Assembly (NCBI GenBank): GCA_036478295.1
Contig: JAZGDW010000256.1
Span: 1-18,946, forward strand
Source of the DNA: Candidatus Krumholzibacteriia bacterium
Lineage (GTDB): Bacteria > Krumholzibacteriota > Krumholzibacteriia > WVZY01
Reading direction: 5' to 3'
Length of the DNA stretch: 18,946 bases
The notes under the pieces are model-generated. The model had not been told where the DNA came from. It was given only the letters and a program-made list of their open reading frames with translations, and ran no database searches. Below are positions 15,949-18,946 of the stretch, one piece after another. How positions within the stretch are numbered: the first letter of the stretch is position 1; each line of letters begins with the position of its first letter. The position numbers and the translations under genes were made by a program.

Positions 15949-18946
15949 ATGGGCAGGATGTTGATACTACCCCTGGCTCTTGCCTTTGTGTGGATACACT
16001 CGCCGACCGCAGCAAGAACCCCGCCGGCGCATAAGAACCCGGCGAGCTACAATTTCATGTCCCCCCCGGGACGCGCTCCGCTCCCACCGGATCTCGGAGG
16101 GCGTGTCCAAGGTTCTTTGCTCGCAACCGCAGCGACCGATACGTTTCATCTCGCCTGGTACAGCTTCAATACGGGCGGGGCAGCGGATCCTCAGGGCTGG
16201 ACCTCGGTGGACCTCACCACACAGATCGACACGTTCTTTCACGTGGCCGACGCGACCGAGCTGGACGGCGGCGACTTCGGCGGGCTTATCCCCCTCGAAG
16301 GCGCCCAGTCGATGTGGTGCGGCCAAGCACCGAGTCCGGATCCGCGGTTCTGTGGCTGGGCGGCCCTCCCCGGTTACGGAAACGGTTGGGACCAGATCCT
16401 CGTGAGCGACAGCCTGCCCGGGGACAGTGTGCGCATCAGCTACAAGGTCTTCTGGGAATCGGAGCCGGGCTACGACGGTACCACGGTCGAGTACTCAGGC
16501 AATGGCGGCCTTAGTTGGACCCGATGGCCGGTGGGTGTTGGTTTTACGGCACGGCCTAACGTCTATGACCGTGGCCCACAGACCCTGATCGAGTCCTTCA
16601 CAGCCGGCGGGTTGACGGCGGTTCAGTTGCGCTACCGGTTTCAGGCAGATGGCGCCTGGTCCGACGAGGACGGCCTGTGGCCGACCGACGGCGCCGTCAT
16701 CATCGACAGCATTACGGTGGAGTGCTACAACGGCGGCGTCTTGACGAGCACGTTCTTCGAGGACTTCGAGGGTGAGACCCCGGGCGCCACAGTGACGGAT
16801 GACGGCTTCTGGACCGCGACCACGCCGCTGCCGTTCGGCGATTTTGCTGCGCTTTATCCGGGCACCGCTGTGGTCCAGGAGGATCCCTGCTTCACCAACA
16901 TCACTCATTTCTGGGGCTGGTTCGACGACCCCGCGAATTCGAACTATTCCTGCGCCGGTTTTCCGATGCAGGGATCGTGGCCCTTTGGCAGGGGAGACTG
17001 CGAGGCGCTCCAGGGCGAAATACAGTCGCCGCGCATCCCTTATACCGGCACCGGCGACGAAGTGATTCTCAGTCTGGACGTCTACCGGGACATGCCGGTC
17101 GACAATCTTCAGTTCTACGTCTGGCACGTCCGCTCCTGGGTCGGAGGTTGTCCTGGAGTCTGGGGCAGCGAAAATTTCGTGTATTTTGGCGGGCAAAAGG
17201 ACTGGTTCAACGCGAGTTTCTCGGTCGGCCAACATATCGATCCCGGTGCCACGGAAATACAGATTTCCATCGGCGTCGTCGATATGTGCCCGGTTTGGTG
17301 TATCTTCCTGTGCTCGGGCAAGCCAGAAGGTGCATGTCGTAGCCACGCGCCGCTTATCGATAACATTCATATTCAACGCATAAACGTGGTGGGACCCCAG
17401 TATTCGGTCCGCCATATCGATCTCTTCCAGGATAACTTCGCCCAGGATGGAACGCTCACCGGTTCCGCACGTGCCGACGCGGCTGATGATATCGCTCCAT
17501 CATTCAGTCCGACCATCCGCCCGGGGGACTCGATCACCATCGACGTGACCGATGTCGGCCCGGGTTTGACCATTGATCCTTTCACCGGTGTGGGTCCGTC
17601 TGTGTACGCGTATGTCACGGTGCTTCCACCGGGCCAGCCGGGCAAATCCGGTCCGGAACTCGAAGCCCCAGAAAGCCGGGCCATCGGCAAGCGTTTTCCG
17701 CTGGCCGACAGCGTGTCCATAGACGGTACCACCTGGTATTGCTTTCGCATGGACACCGTGCTGACGCCAGCGGGCGCCATCGTGGCCGACCGTTACGCCT
17801 TCGACTTGAACGATAACGTTTTCACACCGGGTGATACGGTCCTCTATTTTCTATCGGCGATGAACGGCGGTTCCCTGCAAAACTACTGGTCCAGAAGGCT
17901 CAACGGTCAGGGCGATAATTTTGTCACAGAGGACCTTCTGGAAGCGGCGGGCAGTCCGCTGGAGTTTACTATCCTGCCGGCGGGCGGTAACGCTCGCGGC
18001 GGCGACATCCTCTACGTCGACGATACGGACGACCGTGGTGGACCGGCGCAGCTCTTCTTCGACACGGCCTTCGACTACCTGCAACTGAGAGATCTGGTCG
18101 ACCGCTACGACGTCCTGGGACCTTCATCGGCCGTGGGCAACAGTCTCGGCGCCCGCGTCCGGAACATCGCCACCCAGATCGTCGGCCCATACCGGAAGAT
18201 CATCTGGAACTCCGGTGACCTGTCGTCCAACCTCATCAACGACGGCGGGTGGTGGAACGGGGGCGGCAGCGCGGACAAATCGCCCGATTTCGCGGTAATC
18301 TTCGAGTTCCTGGATACGCATCCGAACAACCCCGGCTTTTATGCGAGCGGTGACGATCTGCCCTCGAATTGGGCCAACGTGCTTACAGGTGCGAACGCCG
18401 TGAACACGCGGTCGATCTATATGAACTTCAACCTCGATCCGGCGGCACCGACCGGTAATCACGTCGCTGCCGGCGAGCCTGTTTCCCCGGTTCTGGACGG
18501 TGTGGGGCCGGCCACCCTCGGTGAACAACTCATTGCCTTCGGTGGCTGCCCGACGATCAACGACTTCGACCTCCTGCAGCCGACGGGAGGGTCAGGGGCC
18601 GACATGGTAAATGCCGCAACGGGCAAGGCGTACATCCTCAGTCAGAGTACCCTCAATTCGGTCGGGACGGCGGCGAGGGTCGTGCTGTCCGGCTTTAGTT
18701 TTCACAATATCCGCGATCTCGGCCCTCCCGGATCGGTGCCCGTGCGCGCCACTCACCTGTACGACATCCTGACGGTGCTGTTCAACGTGGTGCCGCCGCC
18801 GACGGGATTCGACGAAGCACCGCAGTTTGTGAACCGTCTCGAAGCGAACTACCCCAACCCGTTCAATCCAGTGACCCGGATCCGCTACTCGATAAGAGAA
18901 CGCGGGCACGTGTCGCTCCGGATTTACAACGCGGCGGGGCAGCTGG
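15949..18946 (+). CDS. Large secreted protein, paralog 3 (at least 999 codons, 3'-truncated by the window; absent from the ORF track)
   Basis: Translated by hand: ATG at 15949 after GAGGTG, 'MGRMLILPLALAFVWIHSPTAA...AATDTFHLAWY...DGAWSDEDGLWPTDGAV...ILYVDDTDDRGGPA...NYPNPFNPVTRIRYSIRERGHVSLRIYNAAGQL'. No in-frame stop up to the window end. Confidence 0.92.
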   Translation, partial: MGRMLILPLALAFVWIHSPTAARTPPAHKNPASYNFMSPPGRAPLPPDLGGRVQGSLLATAATDTFHLAWYSFNTGGAADPQGWTSVDLTTQIDTFFHVADATELDGGDFGGLIPLEGAQSMWCGQAPSPDPRFCGWAALPGYGNGWDQILVSDSLPGDSVRISYKVFWESEPGYDGTTVEYSGNGGLSWTRWPVGVGFTARPNVYDRGPQTLIESFTAGGLTAVQLRYRFQADGAWSDEDGLWPTDGAVIIDSITVECYNGGVLTSTFFEDFEGETPGATVTDDGFWTATTPLPFGDFAALYPGTAVVQEDPCFTNITHFWGWFDDPANSNYSCAGFPMQGSWPFGRGDCEALQGEIQSPRIPYTGTGDEVILSLDVYRDMPVDNLQFYVWHVRSWVGGCPGVWGSENFVYFGGQKDWFNASFSVGQHIDPGATEIQISIGVVDMCPVWCIFLCSGKPEGACRSHAPLIDNIHIQRINVVGPQYSVRHIDLFQDNFAQDGTLTGSARADAADDIAPSFSPTIRPGDSITIDVTDVGPGLTIDPFTGVGPSVYAYVTVLPPGQPGKSGPELEAPESRAIGKRFPLADSVSIDGTTWYCFRMDTVLTPAGAIVADRYAFDLNDNVFTPGDTVLYFLSAMNGGSLQNYWSRRLNGQGDNFVTEDLLEAAGSPLEFTILPAGGNARGGDILYVDDTDDRGGPAQLFFDTAFDYLQLRDLVDRYDVLGPSSAVGNSLGARVRNIATQIVGPYRKIIWNSGDLSSNLINDGGWWNGGGSADKSPDFAVIFEFLDTHPNNPGFYASGDDLPSNWANVLTGANAVNTRSIYMNFNLDPAAPTGNHVAAGEPVSPVLDGVGPATLGEQLIAFGGCPTINDFDLLQPTGGSGADMVNAATGKAYILSQSTLNSVGTAARVVLSGFSFHNIRDLGPPGSVPVRATHLYDILTVLFNVVPPPTGFDEAPQFVNRLEANYPNPFNPVTRIRYSIRERGHVSLRIYNAAGQL

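Larger units (their letters stand above)
9444..18946 (+). repeat. Tandem gene triplication (unit ~3.2-3.3 kb)
   Basis: Three colinear paralogs with shared nucleotide blocks, e.g. 'tggtccgacgaggacgg' in all three copies and near-identical 3' ends of copies 1 and 2. Confidence 0.9.

Noticed and set aside
6790..17415. Long antisense or alternate-frame ORFs (e.g. 6790..7731, 9828..10892, 13745..14587, 15112..15942, 16495..17415)
   Set aside because: Shadow ORFs expected from GC-rich codon usage, overlapping well-supported genes, with no recognisable motifs.
9444..18946. Diversity-generating retroelement or CRISPR explanation for the repeats
   Set aside because: No reverse transcriptase or cas gene in the window, no regular repeat-spacer period, and differences between copies are not adenine-specific.

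Overview
A GC-rich bacterial chromosomal window in four blocks. (1) The 3' part of a thiamine biosynthesis operon on the + strand: thiO (partial), thiS, thiG, two ThiE-fold paralogs and thiD. (2) A convergent minus-strand CADD/CT610-family (PqqC/TenA-fold) diiron protein that keeps the residues used for self-sacrificial pABA synthesis, with a perfect CTATTGAC-N4-GTCAATAG palindrome upstream. (3) A lipid-uptake trio: long-chain acyl-CoA ligase, FadL/OmpP1 outer-membrane channel and an SGNH/GDSL lipoprotein hydrolase. (4) A near-consensus sigma70 promoter and a ~235-nt hairpin-rich leader ahead of at least three tandem paralogous ~1050-aa secreted proteins of unknown function, each ending in a FlgD-Ig/T9SS type A-like sorting domain. 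The third paralog (15949 to the window end) is missing from the supplied ORF track. The cargo-type C-termini combined with Shine-Dalgarno sites and a TTGACC/TATAAT promoter suggest an FCB-group host outside the Bacteroidia, for example Krumholzibacteriota/Latescibacterota-like; this is inference only. No rRNA, tRNA, CRISPR array or mobile element was recognised.
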